DNA from: Entomortierella parvispora E1425
Lineage: Eukaryota; Fungi; Mortierellomycota
DNA length: 64,000 bases
NCBI GenBank assembly: GCA_020891255.1
Contig: BQFW01000012.1
Location: forward strand, 2,356,001 to 2,420,000
Reading direction: 5' to 3'
Positions 1-20,706 of this stretch are shown piece after piece. The translations under genes and the position numbers were made by a program. How positions within the stretch are numbered: the stretch's first letter is position 1; every line of letters starts with the position of its first letter. Below the pieces are notes generated by a model that ran no database searches, had not been told where the DNA came from, and was given only the letters and a program-made list of their open reading frames with translations.

Positions 1-1647
1 TGCTCTGCTCCTTGGAGAGCTGCCACGCCTTTGCTGAGACATGCCTTGCAGACTGTGCCATCGAGCCTGGTCTCGCTTTATCATTTCTCAGTCTGTGTCT
101 CTCTGTATCTGTCTGTCCTCTGTCTGATTGCATGTCTGCTTTGCCCATCTGCGAGCTCGTATGTCTGTCAATGCAATGCCTACCTGACTGCCTGGTTGTT
201 TGTCTGTCTATCTGTCTATCTGTCTGTTGACCAACCCAAGCTCCCTTTAAACACACAGGCATATCGGTCATCCATTCCTTCTGTCGACCACAAGGTCTGG
301 CCGTTTTTTTTTATTCATTCTTTTTTTTTTTCTTTTCGCCAGCCCAAAGTCAGGCCAGGGTCAGCTCTGGACGCCGTGACCCAAAGCCAAGTGCTTTGCG
401 CATTCGTTCATTCTTGTTTCCTTGTTTCCTTGCTTGACTCCAACACTCCAATTCCTTCTTTATTCTCGACAAGCTCCTGTTGACTGCAGGTCGTCATAGG
501 TTGTGGTATTCAGTCATCCCCAGTGCACCATTTTCAATTGGATTGTTGTCGACAGTGCATGCTCAGTCTGCTTGCCTGTTGACCTGTCGCCTTCTGCCTG
601 ACCTTTCCTTCCTGTCCCCTTCCCCAGCTCTGGATCGATCGGCCTTTCCCTTCCAGCCCAGTCGTTCACCCGCGGATCTTTTTCCACCCACTGCCTCGTC
701 TGCCTGCCTTCTCCCGTGGCCCCATGTCCCATCCCACCCGACGCACAAACACCTTCTCCATCTTCCCTCGCGTTGTTTCCATCCTCTCTTTTTTGTTTTC
801 CCTCGCTTTTTCCTCTCCCCCCCGTTCTCCTCTCTCATTGTGTTCATTGTCCATTTGTTGTTTGTCCTCCCCCCACTTTGTTCTCTCTCTCTCTCTATTC
901 CTCTTTCTCCTTCCCCCCCCCCCCCCATCTCTCCAATCGATCCTTGCACTTGTCCGCCAACACAAAAGACCGCTTCCTTGCGCTACTGGCTCACAACTCC
1001 ACTCACTCCTCCATTGCCCTTAACTCATTCTCAACTTTGTTCTCTTCTCCATTGGCACATTCCCGTTCTCCTTTTGGCCGCAATTGTGCCATTTGCTCTC
1101 CTCTGCTCTGCTCAGCTCTTCTCCGTCATTTCACGTCTTGCCACTTGCCCTGCTCGCAACCCGCAACCACGCCCCCTCTCTTTTGTTCCTGCCCTTTTTT
1201 TTGAGCTCTTTTTTTTCACTTTATTTTTTTTTGGTGTCCATTCCTTCGGTGTATCATATCGTAACCCTTTTTCCCTTCGTCGCTTCAAGTCAGCAAAGGA
1301 CCCGTTCAGATACACCGAGTCAGACGTCTACAAAGACTGAACAGCAACGACAGCAACAGAAACAACAGCGGACGGCGATAACAGGAATCAAGGGCAGCTG
1401 GCATCAACACGGGAAACACTGGACTTTTCGCTCTTCCTTTCCGTTCCCTCTGCCTCCTCCTCCTCCTTTACCCTTTTCCCTATTCTTCCCTTTTCTTTTT
1501 TATTTCCTTCCTCTGCTCCCAGCGATCCCGTCCTCGGTCGACGTTAGTCTCTCCCTCTCTCTCTCTTTCTGACGTCCCTCCCATCTTCCCCCCCTTTCTC
1601 TTTCTTTGTTAAAAAAAAAAAAAAAAAAAGAGAATTATACGTGCACG

Positions 1648-8707
<7,060 letters not shown>

Positions 8708-10160
8708 TGATTGTTTTTTTTATATATATAAAGATTTGGGTGTCATTTGTTTCAATTATAGACGTGTATGTACGTGTAGGGGTTCTTGAGGGGTAAAAGT
8801 ACATGATTTGGACGCAAAAGCCCTCTAAATGCACACGGGAAGGAGATTAAGGATGTTCCCCGGATGTTTGTGGACCCTGCTGAAAAAGGTTGTCCCTAAT
8901 CCAAAAAATTTTGTCCGAGGTCGCGCGGTCTTCCCAGAGTCCAGACAAACGGGTCATGGGAACGAAAAGAGAAGGGAGAGAGAGACCGAGGAAGCCCGTT
9001 CGTCGTTCATGTGTTTCTTTTTTTGTTGCTCACAGGCAATTGAGAGGACGACAACAGAAAAAAAAACCGCTCCTTCCACTGATCAAGGCCCAATCGCACC
9101 AATACGCTTTCTCGCAAGATCTGCCGGCAAATTCTTTCAGACCAAAAAGGAAACAGGTGTTCTGCTGGCCCTGCTCTGCCCTGCCAGAAGGCGGGCTGTC
9201 ACACCACCGCTTTCACCACCACCACACCCTTCCTCTCTCTCGTCTGCGTGTGTGCATGTGTGCGTGCTGACCCTCTCCTGCGCCTCTGTCGTGACAATTT
9301 GCTCTTTTTTTTTTTTGTTTTTTTGGGCCTCTGCTGCGTTTTCATTTTTGGGTTGTGCTGGTCCTTCTCCTCTCTGAGGATATTTGTTCCGGGTCAACTT
9401 CTGTCGAAAGCTAATTGATTGCGTGTGGACAATCAGTGCGTGTGTGTCCGTCTGTGTGTCTGGGAACAATGTTGTTTGGCAACGATAATTGTCCGTCTCT
9501 TTTTTTTCTCGTCTGTCACCTTTTCACAGCTTCATATCTTTCCTTCTCTCTCTTGTCTTTTGCCTTTTCCCGGTCCCCTTCCCTTTTCCCTTTTTTCTTT
9601 TTTGGCGCACCTCCCGTTCATTGTTCCTGTGCCAAGTCGTTCCCTTGTTTTTCCTTGCCTCGTCTTCAGATCACGCTTGTCTGCACTCTCGTCCTTTCTA
9701 TTCTCTTGTCTTCTTTTTTCACCTTCCACGACTCACTCGCGAGAGACAACTCTTCTTTGCTTTCTTGCCCTTCACCTTTCATCCCACCGACAGCAACAAC
9801 AACAACAACAAGAACAACAGCAACGAATCGAAAGACGATCTTTGACGTAACTATGACCTTGTCATAAGAAACACACCCGTCCTTCGTTTCTTTCTCTTTC
9901 TTCGATCCAGTCGTCTGTGCCATTACCTCGCGTGTTCATCACTGCCACAACAAAACGATATCTATTTTTTGCTTCCCTCCCCTTCATTTCAAAAAACGAC
10001 CTCCTTCCCCTTTTACCAGCTCGCGGGCCTTTTTTTCTCCTCTCTCGCTCGCCCTGTTCCTGCAGACGTCTTTTTCTCTCCCCCCACTACGGCAACCCCT
10101 CGCTCCTGCTGCTCAGACACAGCAACAGACAACCACTACGACACCACACGATCACATATC

Positions 10161-13036
10161 ATGACCAGTCTACACACCATGACGATACCCCAACTGCTCT
10201 ATAACAACTTCCGTCGTTATTTCCCGACACACGCGAAATCGCTCGGCCTTGTGCTCGTGGTCGTCTTTATTGCGCTTAACCTCCTGGCCTTCTTCAGCTT
10301 TGACTCGTTGAACCTGTTCTCGTCCGGGGACTGGAGCTCGGCGGGTGGATCCATCCCCATCGATCGACGCGAGACGTCCTTGTTGTTGAGTGAACCCAGA
10401 GGAGGCCAAGGTCAAAGGCTGTTCAAGACAAGTCCGACCTGGATTCAAGAATGGTTTCAATTTCAGCGCCTGAACCCTGAACTGAATGCGGAGAATTACG
10501 ATGTCTGGGAGGGGGAAGGTGATCTGGGCTCCGTACCGTCGTCGTCGTCTTCTTCCTCCAACGAGGGTGGTGAAGAGAAAGGAGCAACAAGAGGGAGCAA
10601 AGGATTGAAGATCGATGTGGTTTATACCTGGGTTAATGGCACGGACGAGGCTCTGCAACTCGTCAAGGAGCAATACGAGGACCTCTCTCCGTTGTACCAG
10701 AGCGTTCGGGAGTACGAGCAGAGAACGGGTCGCCCCCCCACGGTGCCTCCTCCTCGAGGAGGTCGCAATGCCTTGAATCGGTTGCTCCCGGATGGGAGCG
10801 TGCCGCCATCCGCGAAACAAGGAGAGGCCGCAGCTGCCTTGCGAGGAGGAGCCAGCAGGACCACACAGGACGCGACGGCGAATCGATTCAGAGACATGGA
10901 CGAGTTGAAGTACTCTGTGCGGTCTGTGGCTCAATACGCTCAGGGCATGTTTGACCGGATTCATATCTTGACAACCGAAGTCGATCCAGCCAGGGATGAG
11001 GCCCAAGTGCCCAGCTGGCTAAACATGGAGGCGAGTCAGGGGGTCATTGAACTCGTGCACCATGACCAGATCTTTGAGAAGACTGAAGATTTGCCGTCGT
11101 TCAATTCCCTCTCGATCGAGAGTCAAATCCACCATATCCCCGGTGTTACGGACGTGGTAAGTCAAGAAGGGCGAGAAAGCAACACAGAGGGGAGGACCTT
11201 TCAGGGTAGTCTGGGCTTTTGCGACATGTTTCTCCATAATGTGTTTTTGCATCCTACACCTTCTCCGGGTATTCTTCTTTTTTATGTTTCTTTTTTTATC
11301 CACCTTTTCTTGGCGATATCCTGATAACTGCCCTAGTCTCGCGTACTTTTGTTGTTCCTTTTTTTTTCTGTTGTTCAGCCTTGGGGCGAAGGAGGAGGTC
11401 AATGTGCTAAGGAAAGACGGATGATGTTTGCATGATGGTCGACTTTTTCTACCCCACCGAGGATAGCACAGAGGGTCGTGTGCCTGGGTTTCTTTTTTGA
11501 GGCCGTTGGGAAAATAAGTTCGTTCCTCATTCAAAACATCTCTATCAACACAACGAGGGCTGCTCTCGACCCAAACAACAACCATTCATTCGCCCAAGAG
11601 GTTCTTCCGTGTTTGCTTGCTCTCGGGTCTCCTCCTGCGGGACACCCCCAGGGCAGGGGGCAGCATTCCAGTCCATCGCGCTACCTGACTTAGTGCCTCA
11701 CAAGACCATTGTCGCTTTGCTGTCAAAGCATACAAGCACATGTCCTCTAACCGCTTTATTTCATCCATCCTGTTCTCTCCGTGATCATCAATAGTTCCTC
11801 TACCTCAACGACGATGTCTTCCTGGGCCAACCTATGTCTGCGGCCGACGTCTGGACACCCCTCTACGGTTTTGTCTTCCATATGGAGCCTACACTCCTCG
11901 TTCCTCCCACTCCTCTGGTCTCTCACGGAGAGACATTGGCCATTGGCGAGTGGAACTCGCTGCAATACTCGAACCATCTTTTGTCCAAGCAATTTGGAGC
12001 CCGTCATCGATCCTACATTGCTCACGTACCCCATGTCCTCTCTGCACCCATGTTGCACGAGATCCAAACCATCTGGCCGGATGATATCCAACAGACTGCA
12101 TCTCATCGGTTCCGTGGTGAGGGCGAGGCCAAGGATATTCAGGTCTCGTTCTTTATGGCCCATTACGTGATGGAACGGTTACGAGAGACCCAGCTGGAGT
12201 CGTTCTGGAAATACCGATTGGACGCCAACCAAGACGGGATGTTGGATTGGGAAGAGCGGGAGGCCTTGGTGCAAAAGATTGAGCGATGGAATGAGGTCCA
12301 TGTCAAGAACCAAGGATACTACCCTCGCCCCCCTTATAACAGCGAGTTCTCGAGTTTTCTCAACGGATCCGACGAAAAATTGGAGCAGTTGGGTATTGAG
12401 ATCACTGGCTCGTCTACGTATAGTCTGTCTGGTCAGGATGGGTACCCCTTCATGCTCGAGTACGGGGATACCAGTCGAGGAAGCCAGGCGCAGCCAAGAA
12501 AAGATCCTTACTCGTACTTCGTTCCATTGGAGGAGCGGTCCTGTTACTTCAATCTGGAGTTTTGTCTCGGACCCGAGTTCCTATCCAACGACACGGATTC
12601 CAATGGCGTGAGCAAGGGTCTGGACATGATGACGAGCACCAACATCTTCCAACGACTCGCCTTTGTCGAGTTCCATTGCGGTGACTGTCTCCTCCATATC
12701 TTGCGCCAGACAGGTGGACCCGAACCCGGTCTCCAAGCCGCATTCTTGCCCCTCGAGGACAAGAACCCCGACGCCTTCAAGACCGTGACCTCGGATCTCG
12801 CAAAGTACAACTATGTGATTGCAGACTCGGATTACTCCTTTACACAGTTGACAGAACCCTTTGGATCTCAAAGAGAACTGAGCAAGATCATGTTGAACAG
12901 GGACACACATGCCTTCTTTTGCATCAACGACAACGTCAACTCCAACTCTAGAGTCGTCCAGCAGGTTCAACAAATCTTTCATCAATTCTTGGAGAACCGT
13001 TTCCCAATTCCATCGCCCTGGGAAAAGAAGAACTAG
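10161..13036 (+). CDS. Stealth-family glycosyl-phosphotransferase (Xpt1/GNPTAB-like), type II membrane protein; 2 exons
   Basis: Exons 10161-11156 and 11795-13036 (phase 0). N-terminal TM segment. Stealth conserved regions IDVVYTWVNGTD, RFRDMDELKYSVRSV, FNSLSIES, FLYLNDDVFLG and FFCINDNV. EF-hand-like DANQDGMLDWEE. Confidence 0.88.
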
Positions 13037-13464
13037 ACCTGGTCAACTTTCTCCCCTTCCCTTGTAAAAAAAAAAAGTTCCCCTTCTCCTCCTCCTCGTC
13101 CTCTCCTCACATCTCACATACCATCTAAAAAGAATGTTGCCTTTTGATTTATTCAAGAACAAAAAATAAATGTACAATAGATCCTTTCGTTATTTTTAAC
13201 AATGTGGTATGGACAGCCTGCAACATCCATGTCTCTTGTTTCTTGTGTTTGTCCATCTATTCTGGTGATCAAATCCAAAACATGGGCGTTGAGGAAACTA
13301 TTAAAAGTATCATGTCTTGTTTTATTTCATTACAGAGACAAGAATCATATGGTACAGGAGACAGGGGACAGGGGACAGAGGACCGAGGACCGGGATTGAA
13401 AGTTAGTGGCGTTTTAAAAATGGCCCGCCAAGATTCATATCCTAGGCAGACGAAATCCTGTTGC

Positions 13465-14760
13465 TCAAGGTAACGTATCCATTTCGTCCGATATGCCAAA
13501 GTTGCGGTTGAATTCTTGCCGATCCACGTTGAACTTGTCCACGCAATAAGACTGGAAAGTGAAGATGTTTTCTGCAGATTGTCGTTCAAATGGATGGAGA
13601 ATATGTGTCAGTTTCAAAGATTTTTTTTTTCTTCCTCTCACACCACCGATTGTCAAGACAAGGATAGTATCGCGTCTTACCTGTCCAGCGATTAGCAGCA
13701 TCTTTGGCAATGCCTGAGAATTTTTCTATTAAGTTCACATCCGGATAAGTTAGACACCATACCAAAATCCTCTGTCAATGGGAAGCACGCACGATCAAAT
13801 CTTCAAAAAGGGTCATACTCTGCGCTTCGAGGAGTGTAGGATCACTATCAGCAAATTGCTTGAGCTCATTCTGCAAATCCCGGTCCACTGCTTCTGCCGC
13901 TGCAAGTTGCTTCATCAATTCGTGGCGATCGCTCTATAGAGTAGGTATCCTTTGGTTAATATTTGACACCAGTGATTGTTTCTTCATCACGTAGGACGTA
14001 ATACGCCACTTACGCTGTCTTCTCGGCCGCCACTCGCTTGGCGAAGTTTGGCCTCCAGTTCTCCATTAGACGATTCCAGTCGTTGAAGCTCTTCTCTCAA
14101 TGTCATCAACTTTGCGTTTTTCTAAGGAGGCATGTCCAACAAAACAAATTAGTGTCGAGAAACTACGAAACGGCATCCGAGTGAGATTGACTTTTCCTGA
14201 CTTACTGTTTGTTGAACTGCGCTTGGGAAGGACCAGTAATAGTTGGATGTCCCGATTTTCTCCACTGTTACCAATCCATCGTCGACTAATGACTGCAAAA
14301 CATCCTTGACCGATTGAGCGACTATTGATGTACCAAGAAAAGTCACTTATCAGCCTTTGTCCATGAATAATACGTAGCTCTAGCTCTAGTCCACTCGTGC
14401 CATCTTTCCTGTCAGCTCGATGGAGTGCTAAATTCAATAAGGCCCTTTACCGATTCCTTTCAGCTTCGGAGCATTCTTTTCCAGTTCTTGTAGCTTGTGA
14501 AATGTTCCCTGTGCAAAGAAAAAAAAAAAAGGATCATTATCTACGAAAGGCCAGGTGGAGCCGGGGCTACATCCATGTTGGCTATGTATTCGACCCTTAC
14601 CGATTCGTGCAATAGCTCCAAAAGCTTGATACGTTTGTCAGCTGCGGAGAGTCCTTTCCGTGACTAAGAGGAGCGTTGAAAAAGGAGAGCCAAATCTCTG
14701 TCAGACTCCTTCAAATGCAACCAGGAAGAATGTGTTTAATGACAGGCTCGCATGTACCAT
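13465..14760 (-). CDS. MND1: Meiotic nuclear division protein 1 (Hop2-Mnd1 complex); multi-exon, first exon is the ATG alone
   Basis: ATG at 14760-14758 followed by a GT intron. Exon 14663-14601 gives SRKGLSAADKRIKLLELLHES. Later exons give KLQELEKNAPKLKGI and QSVKDVLQSLVDDGLVTVEKIGTSNYYWSFPS, the hallmark Mnd1 motif. Last exon ENIFTFQSYCVDKF...DTLP ends at TGA 13465. Internal exon boundaries were only partly traced. Confidence 0.92.
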
Positions 14761-16166
14761 GGCGATGGAAGGTAATATATTTAGCGGTTGAATGTGAGGA
14801 AGCTCGAAGAGAGTACTTGAATAGAGGGTCGATGGGAGTGATGAAAGAGAGAATGAGCAAAGAGAACGATGATTTGGTGGCAAGGACCATGGGAGAAAGA
14901 GCGCGCGCACAGGGGTGAATGAGTTGCCACCAAATGAAATCGTGTTAAGGGTGCAATAATGCCTGGAAATAATTTTCAGCGGATGGAAATAAAGGATATG
15001 CTGGCGGACCGTTGGAAAAAGCAGGGCCTTCCTGTGGGTCAGTTGAACCCACATGGGAACATAGCGTCCTTCGTACATTCTCAAGCACCATGACGTAGTT
15101 TCACCTCGCCCAAGAATCATCTTGCGCAACGTAAAGCAGTTCCGAAGAGGTTCCAGTATCTGAAGTTCACCCGGAGGGGCTGTGGAGCGAGGCAAATACA
15201 TGAGCGCAGGGAAAAATAACAACCTTCCTCTGCCCCTGCACCAAAGTGAGACCATGTGGACACATGTATGTTCAGTTCAGGCACAGTGAGGGAGAACTTT
15301 TTCTCAGCCCTCGGATCAATTGAGATTCAAGTGAACGAATACGGAGACAAGAAGTTGCATCCTATGATTCTAGGGCAAGAAAGAGTCACCAAACACCTAA
15401 CAAACAAATTGAAAAAAAAGAGTAATCCATGCCCGTCAGATGTGCTCCAGTAAGTTCCATGGCTAAATACTGAGAAAGAACGGAAATAGCAAAACGGGCA
15501 GCGGTCTTGTGGAGGGGGATGAAGGGACACGGAGAAAACTTGGGCTGGACGAGCATCTATGACGGAGCCAGAAGCGCAGGGCGGACAATGCCGCCGTTTC
15601 GGTTCAGGGAGAAACGCACCGAACCAAAAATGACTCCTGAGTGGAGGAAAATCGAAGGGCGCAAAAACAAAAAGAAAAAAAAATTTAGGTTGACAGCAGT
15701 GTGTACCGCATGGCACTCGAGTCAGAAGGTGCGAAGTAGGAGTCTGAAAGTGCAAAAAAGAGAATGAAATGCGCTGCACAGACTGAGGGCGAAGGGTTGG
15801 ACACGGAAATATTATTGGAGAGACTGTCGGATGCACTCTTGGGGACGAATGACTGAGAGTGAGAAAAAAGAGTCCTTGACACAGTTGAGACCTCTGCAAA
15901 ATAACTCAAATAAAAGGGCCGTCAAAAACTTCCTTTTTTTCTCTTTGCATCTTATTTTCCCTTTGCTTTCTGCCGTTGGTTCCCTGCACTCTTTTCTCTT
16001 TTACCTTCACTCCACCTTCGTCCCCACCTCCGTCCCCCTCTTTCTCCACCCCCACCTTATTCTTCACCCCCACCGCCCCTTTATACACCCTTTATACCTC
16101 TCCGATCCATCGCTCTGTTCCTCCGTCTCTTCTTGCCCGATCAGCACACACAAACACACACTTAAT

Positions 16167-16281
16167 ATGGCGTCAGAACAAACAACTCGTGTGCGGCGCC
16201 CCTCCGCAGGCGTCAGTCCTTCGCTGCTCATGATGAGCTCCTCTAACCCCATGGAGTCTATCGACACCCTTGTTACTTCAG

Positions 16282-16312
<31 letters not shown>

Positions 16313-18655
16313 CGACATTCCTCTGAGAAACCAGCGTCGCTCACTTTCCATTTCTGTTGCTTCGTCCACCGAGTCGCACCCTAATAATACCCACAGTGGC
16401 GACAGCAAAAAGTCTTCTGGAAACGTCAACAACGAACCCGACGACGACAGTAAGGGCCTCTCCAAAAAGGATACCGCACCCAACACCTTCTTGACCCGCC
16501 ACCCATGGCTGATGGGCTGGAACCATGAAGATTGGTGGCCCTGCTGGATTGGTCTCTTTCTCTTTGCCTTGGTCGCCATCGCCGTCCACAAGGGAGTTCC
16601 TATGGCTCAGTTTTTGCCTTGGGGCAGCAATCCTTTTGACTCGCTGAAAGGCACTGGCAACTATGGCCTCCTGGTCATGTTCCCTCTTCAGGGTCTCCTG
16701 GTCTGGTTGGCTCTGTGGATGATCAAGGCCAAAGCCTGGGAGCAATTCTACCTGGGCTTTATTGTCGTCTATGTCATTTCATTATTCAGCAAGTGGTTGG
16801 CAGCCCAAAACAGCATCAAGAGTGCCAGTTTGGGAGACTCCATCTGGGCCATTTTGTTTGGTGCTATCTTGAGAAACGTCATGGCAGGAGCACCCTTGCC
16901 TGATGGTCGATCCAAGCCTTTGCCTCCCTGGCTCAAGGTCGCGCAGCAGACGGAGCTCTACATTGCCATCTCGTTGGTGTTGCTTTGGTAAATATTCCTT
17001 TTCGTTGATCTTGAGCCATTTCTTGCTTTTTTTTCCCTATGCATTTTTGTTTATTGCTGCGATTTGTTTGCTGGGCTGGGGTGATCCGTGTTCTATGTGC
17101 GGATATATTCAGGTGTGACCTTCCCGGTATTCTCCATTGCTACAGACACAAAGTACCACATGCCTTCCCATTTTTCGAAAGGGCGAGCAATTGAAAAAAG
17201 CATGGAATGGCGCACAGAGTAAGGGGGCAAAGGAATTGAGGTTGACAGAAAACGGAGGACATGCCGATAGATACCCCGGCCTGACGGCGAAGACTAGGAG
17301 AAAATTGCGAACTGAAAAAAGGTTATTGTGGCGGATGAATGGACCCGGACCAACAATGAATGAAATATTCGCATAGGAGGAAGTATCGATCACAAGTTAG
17401 AACAGGCACAAGAGAAAACGACTCGGAGAGTCAAGAACTGGGCACAAGGACGAAAGAGGGGACCGGAGGAAGGCCCGATGTTCAACGTACAATAGTGTCG
17501 ATCTTCTATGATGGCGTCAGATGGTACCATCCCACTTTTGGGCGCACAGACTGAGCACCGCGGGAGAACTGTTGGCAAGAAAGAGGGAGAGGACAGGAGA
17601 GGAGGTGCATCCGAACGGCCATCCACGAGGAATCACAACTCTCACGCCCATCGGAGTGAAAATCCCTCGTACTTCCCCTTTGGGGCTCAATCTCTCCGAA
17701 CCTTTTTTTTTTTTTTTTTTTTTTTGACATGTCTTCGCTCCACTTACTCACTCTGCCAAACTACTTTATTTGCGCCTTCCTTGTTTTCAACAGCATTAAC
17801 TTCGATGTCCTCAAGCCATTGGCTCCCCGTGCGCTCTTTGTCTCATGGCTCGACACTCCCTCTCTTTTTGTCGTCGTCGCCATGATTGGTACGAGCTGGC
17901 TCAAGATTGATCTCCAGACTAGTATGATCATGTCCGGAGCCACTTTCATCTGTGGTTCCTCCGCCGCCATTGCTCTTTCAGCCTCGCTTGGTGCCGGAAG
18001 CAAAGCCGATCTGCCTATTGCTATCATCTCGGTCTTCACCATCCCCTCCATCATTGCTCTGCCGTACATTGCCAAGGCCATTGGTATCAGTGCCAAGGTT
18101 GCCGGCGCGTGGTTTGGAGGATGTGTTGATTCTACCGGAGCTGTTATTGCCGCTGCTACCATCTACGGTGACCCTGGCAATGTCGCTGTCCAGACCTCTG
18201 CCGTGGTCAAGATGGTCCAGAACGTGCTTATCGGTCCCATCTCTGTTGGTGTTGCTGTCGTTTGGACCCAGCGTGAGGAACGTCGTCGCCGAGCTGTCAT
18301 CAGTACCTTGGAGGACGAGAACTTGAGATCAAAGTCGGATTTCAAGCCTGTCCCTTACACCACATTGTTGTGGAGCCGATTCCCCAAGTTTGTGCTCGGA
18401 TTCATTGTCACGGCCATCCTGTTCAATACGGTCGTGCCCTCAGAGGATCGCGAGAATGTAAACAACTTCGCTTTCATGGTGGGCGAATGGTTCTCCACCA
18501 TGTCATTTGTCAGTATTGGATTGGGACTTCAGTTCCACGAGTTGAGACGGGAGGCAAGGTTGTTGCTCAAGTTGACGACACTCTATGCCATCGCTCAATT
18601 GGTCGATATTTTGAGTACCTTTGCCCTTGCCTACGTTGCATTCGAACTCTTTTAG
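16167..18655 (+). CDS. YeiH/UPF0324 (putative sulfate exporter, PSE) family multi-pass membrane protein; 2 exons
   Basis: Exons 16167-16987 and 17794-18655 join as TG|C giving LLCINFD. About 10 hydrophobic segments. Family motifs GATFICGSSAAIA, AGAWFGGCVDSTGAVIAAA, KMVQNVLIGP and FPKFVLGF. Confidence 0.8.
16284..16313 (+). repeat. (AAC)10 repeat encoding poly-Asn in the YeiH N-terminal extension
   Basis: Perfect aac run in frame. Confidence 0.95.
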
Positions 18656-18977
18656 AGAATATGTCACAATAGATACCATACAGTTTTTCCACTCTCTCAT
18701 CTGCATTGTGCTTTTTTTTTTTGCACTGTTGTATCCTGCTCTTTCTCAAAGAATAAAAAGATTATATTGCCGATATTTTCCTGGCTGCAGAGAATGACCA
18801 TGAAAGACGCGTCTTTCTTCCTGACAAAGATGAAAGAAAGTCTTGATTCTCCATCGGTGACAAACAGAGGAAAAGTGAACAGATCTCCAACCCGACATTG
18901 ATGCTCTTGACCAAAAGACTGTTGATCGTCGACGGGGTTTTTTCTGCTTTTGTTCCCAACTCCTCCATTTTTGATGA

Positions 18978-20706
18978 ATGGCTATTATGAGCTCCACCAG
19001 CGTCGGCTCCAAGTCCTCATCTTCCTCCACCTTACCAGCCCTCAACTTGACTCAGTTCGGTGAACATCCTGGCACGACTACCTCCGGATCTACTGTCAAT
19101 TTCGGATGGGTCTTGGCAACATCCTCTTCCAACTGGTACTCCATAGTTCCAAAACTGATTGCTGACAGCACAGAGGGACAGACCACTACAAAAGTCCTCG
19201 CCGTCTGGCCAGAAGTATTTGAAGGCATCGGGGTCAGTCAGGTCTCTGTTGCGCTGCCAGATACCAAGATCAAGGTACCGCTCAAAAAAAAAAAAAAAAA
19301 AAAAAAAACTCGATAATCATATGTTTTTCAGGCGGCTGCTAATCCATGGATCCAAAAAATCCTCTCTTGCCCACGCTCCCCAGTTAATAGTCCACATCGA
19401 GCTCTGGTGCACGACTCCGTCCAGTCCCGACGCCTCAGCCTGTTGTGGCCAGTCACCGTCCTTCTCGCTGATGCCCGTACTGTCCACATCTGGTGCCATG
19501 ATAACGACAACACTATCCCTTTCTCCATTCACATCCCGATCAAACACAGTTGACACTACGAGCCATTCTGTGCCGAGTCCTTCCCCTTCCACGTTGAACT
19601 CCCCGACATCTCTACCAGATTCTAAAGCCCTCCCAACAGGATGGATTGTATTCATTGCAATCGTGCTATTTCTCCTCGTGTTTTCCTACTTTTGGCTCTC
19701 TTACCGCCGGAGGCAGGATCAGGAGCGGAAGCAGGAACTCAAGAGGTCGATTTCGCGACCAAGCCTGATCACTTCCTCAGCGCCCTGGCGACTGGGAGGA
19801 GAAGAGAGACCGGCAGCACGAAATCAAAGACATGGGTATGTTGAGAGAGGAACGACTGATCTTTTGACAATAATGAGGCCGTCGGAGAGACGCGTTTTAC
19901 CATATCGGTATACAAGAAAATCACTCGATGGAGGCGATCCTGGGATATCGCCGCCCTTGATGACGGACCATGAGCCAGAAAGTCAGAAACGACAACCTTG
20001 GTCGGTTCTACTACCACGAAAACCACCACCTGTTGCCAGTCGATCTATAGGAGCGAGAATAGCTGGAGCAGGGACACCATTGGCCATGATGCGTACGCCA
20101 ACTCGCCAACAAGGAGAGGCCAAAATATATGTGCAGGGCAGATACCCAACGAACCAGGCAGATAGTGATCCTCTTTCATTTTTGGATATGTCCAGTGATC
20201 GAGCTCAACATTTATATCAAGGGTATCGAGAAGAGAGGCACCATTGCGAGGATCGACACCAGCAAAGAAAACAGCAACAGCAACAGCAGCATGAAAGAGA
20301 AGAGGAGCAGAAATGCCTTCGGGGGCAGCTTCAGCGTCAAAGGCAAGAGTGCGAGGATGGCCTCGTTCTACAAAAAGCCTCATCTCCTGTGGCACATCCT
20401 TCCTCAAGGATGTCATCTGTTTCGGCGATAGACTACTTCCGAAATCTTACGCGCCACCAGGAAGATCAAACCCTCGCCAGCACCACCACCCACAGCAACA
20501 GCCTCGGCCTCGAGTGTGCGGCAAACGTGCCACCCAGCGCCAGAGCAAGAGCGCGAGCCAGAGAGCGAATTCAGGAGAAGAAACCGGATACGATTGACCT
20601 GGAGAGCTACTATCATGGATTAGGTGATGGCGACTGCAATCAAAACGACAATGGCGCGAGTGGCGGTGATGCCCTGACCAGTTCACTTCGCCCGCGGTAC
20701 TTCTAG
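18978..20706 (+). CDS. Uncharacterised single-pass membrane protein (beta-rich N-domain, S/T stalk, TM, disordered tail); 2 exons
   Basis: Exon 18978-19274, intron with GT donor, gctaat branch point and ccccag acceptor, then exon 19384-20706 in phase 0. TM segment WIVFIAIVLFLLVFSYFWL followed by basic RRR. Start codon uncertain. Confidence 0.55.

Noticed and set aside
12-1572. ORFs upstream of the kinase, including 480-1340 (286 aa)
   Set aside because: They arise from pyrimidine-rich, low-complexity promoter/UTR sequence (L/S/P/F-rich translations) with no domain or coding codon bias.
17113-17152. Possible cassette exon inside the long YeiH intron
   Set aside because: The flanking exons already join cleanly in frame, the donor is weak, and there is no supporting homology.
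17505-17556. C/D-box-like words (ATGATG...CTGA) in the YeiH intron, with similar words in the Stealth and cyclin introns
   Set aside because: Imperfect C boxes, spacing too short or too long, and no terminal stems or recognisable rRNA guides. An Infernal/snoscan run would be needed.
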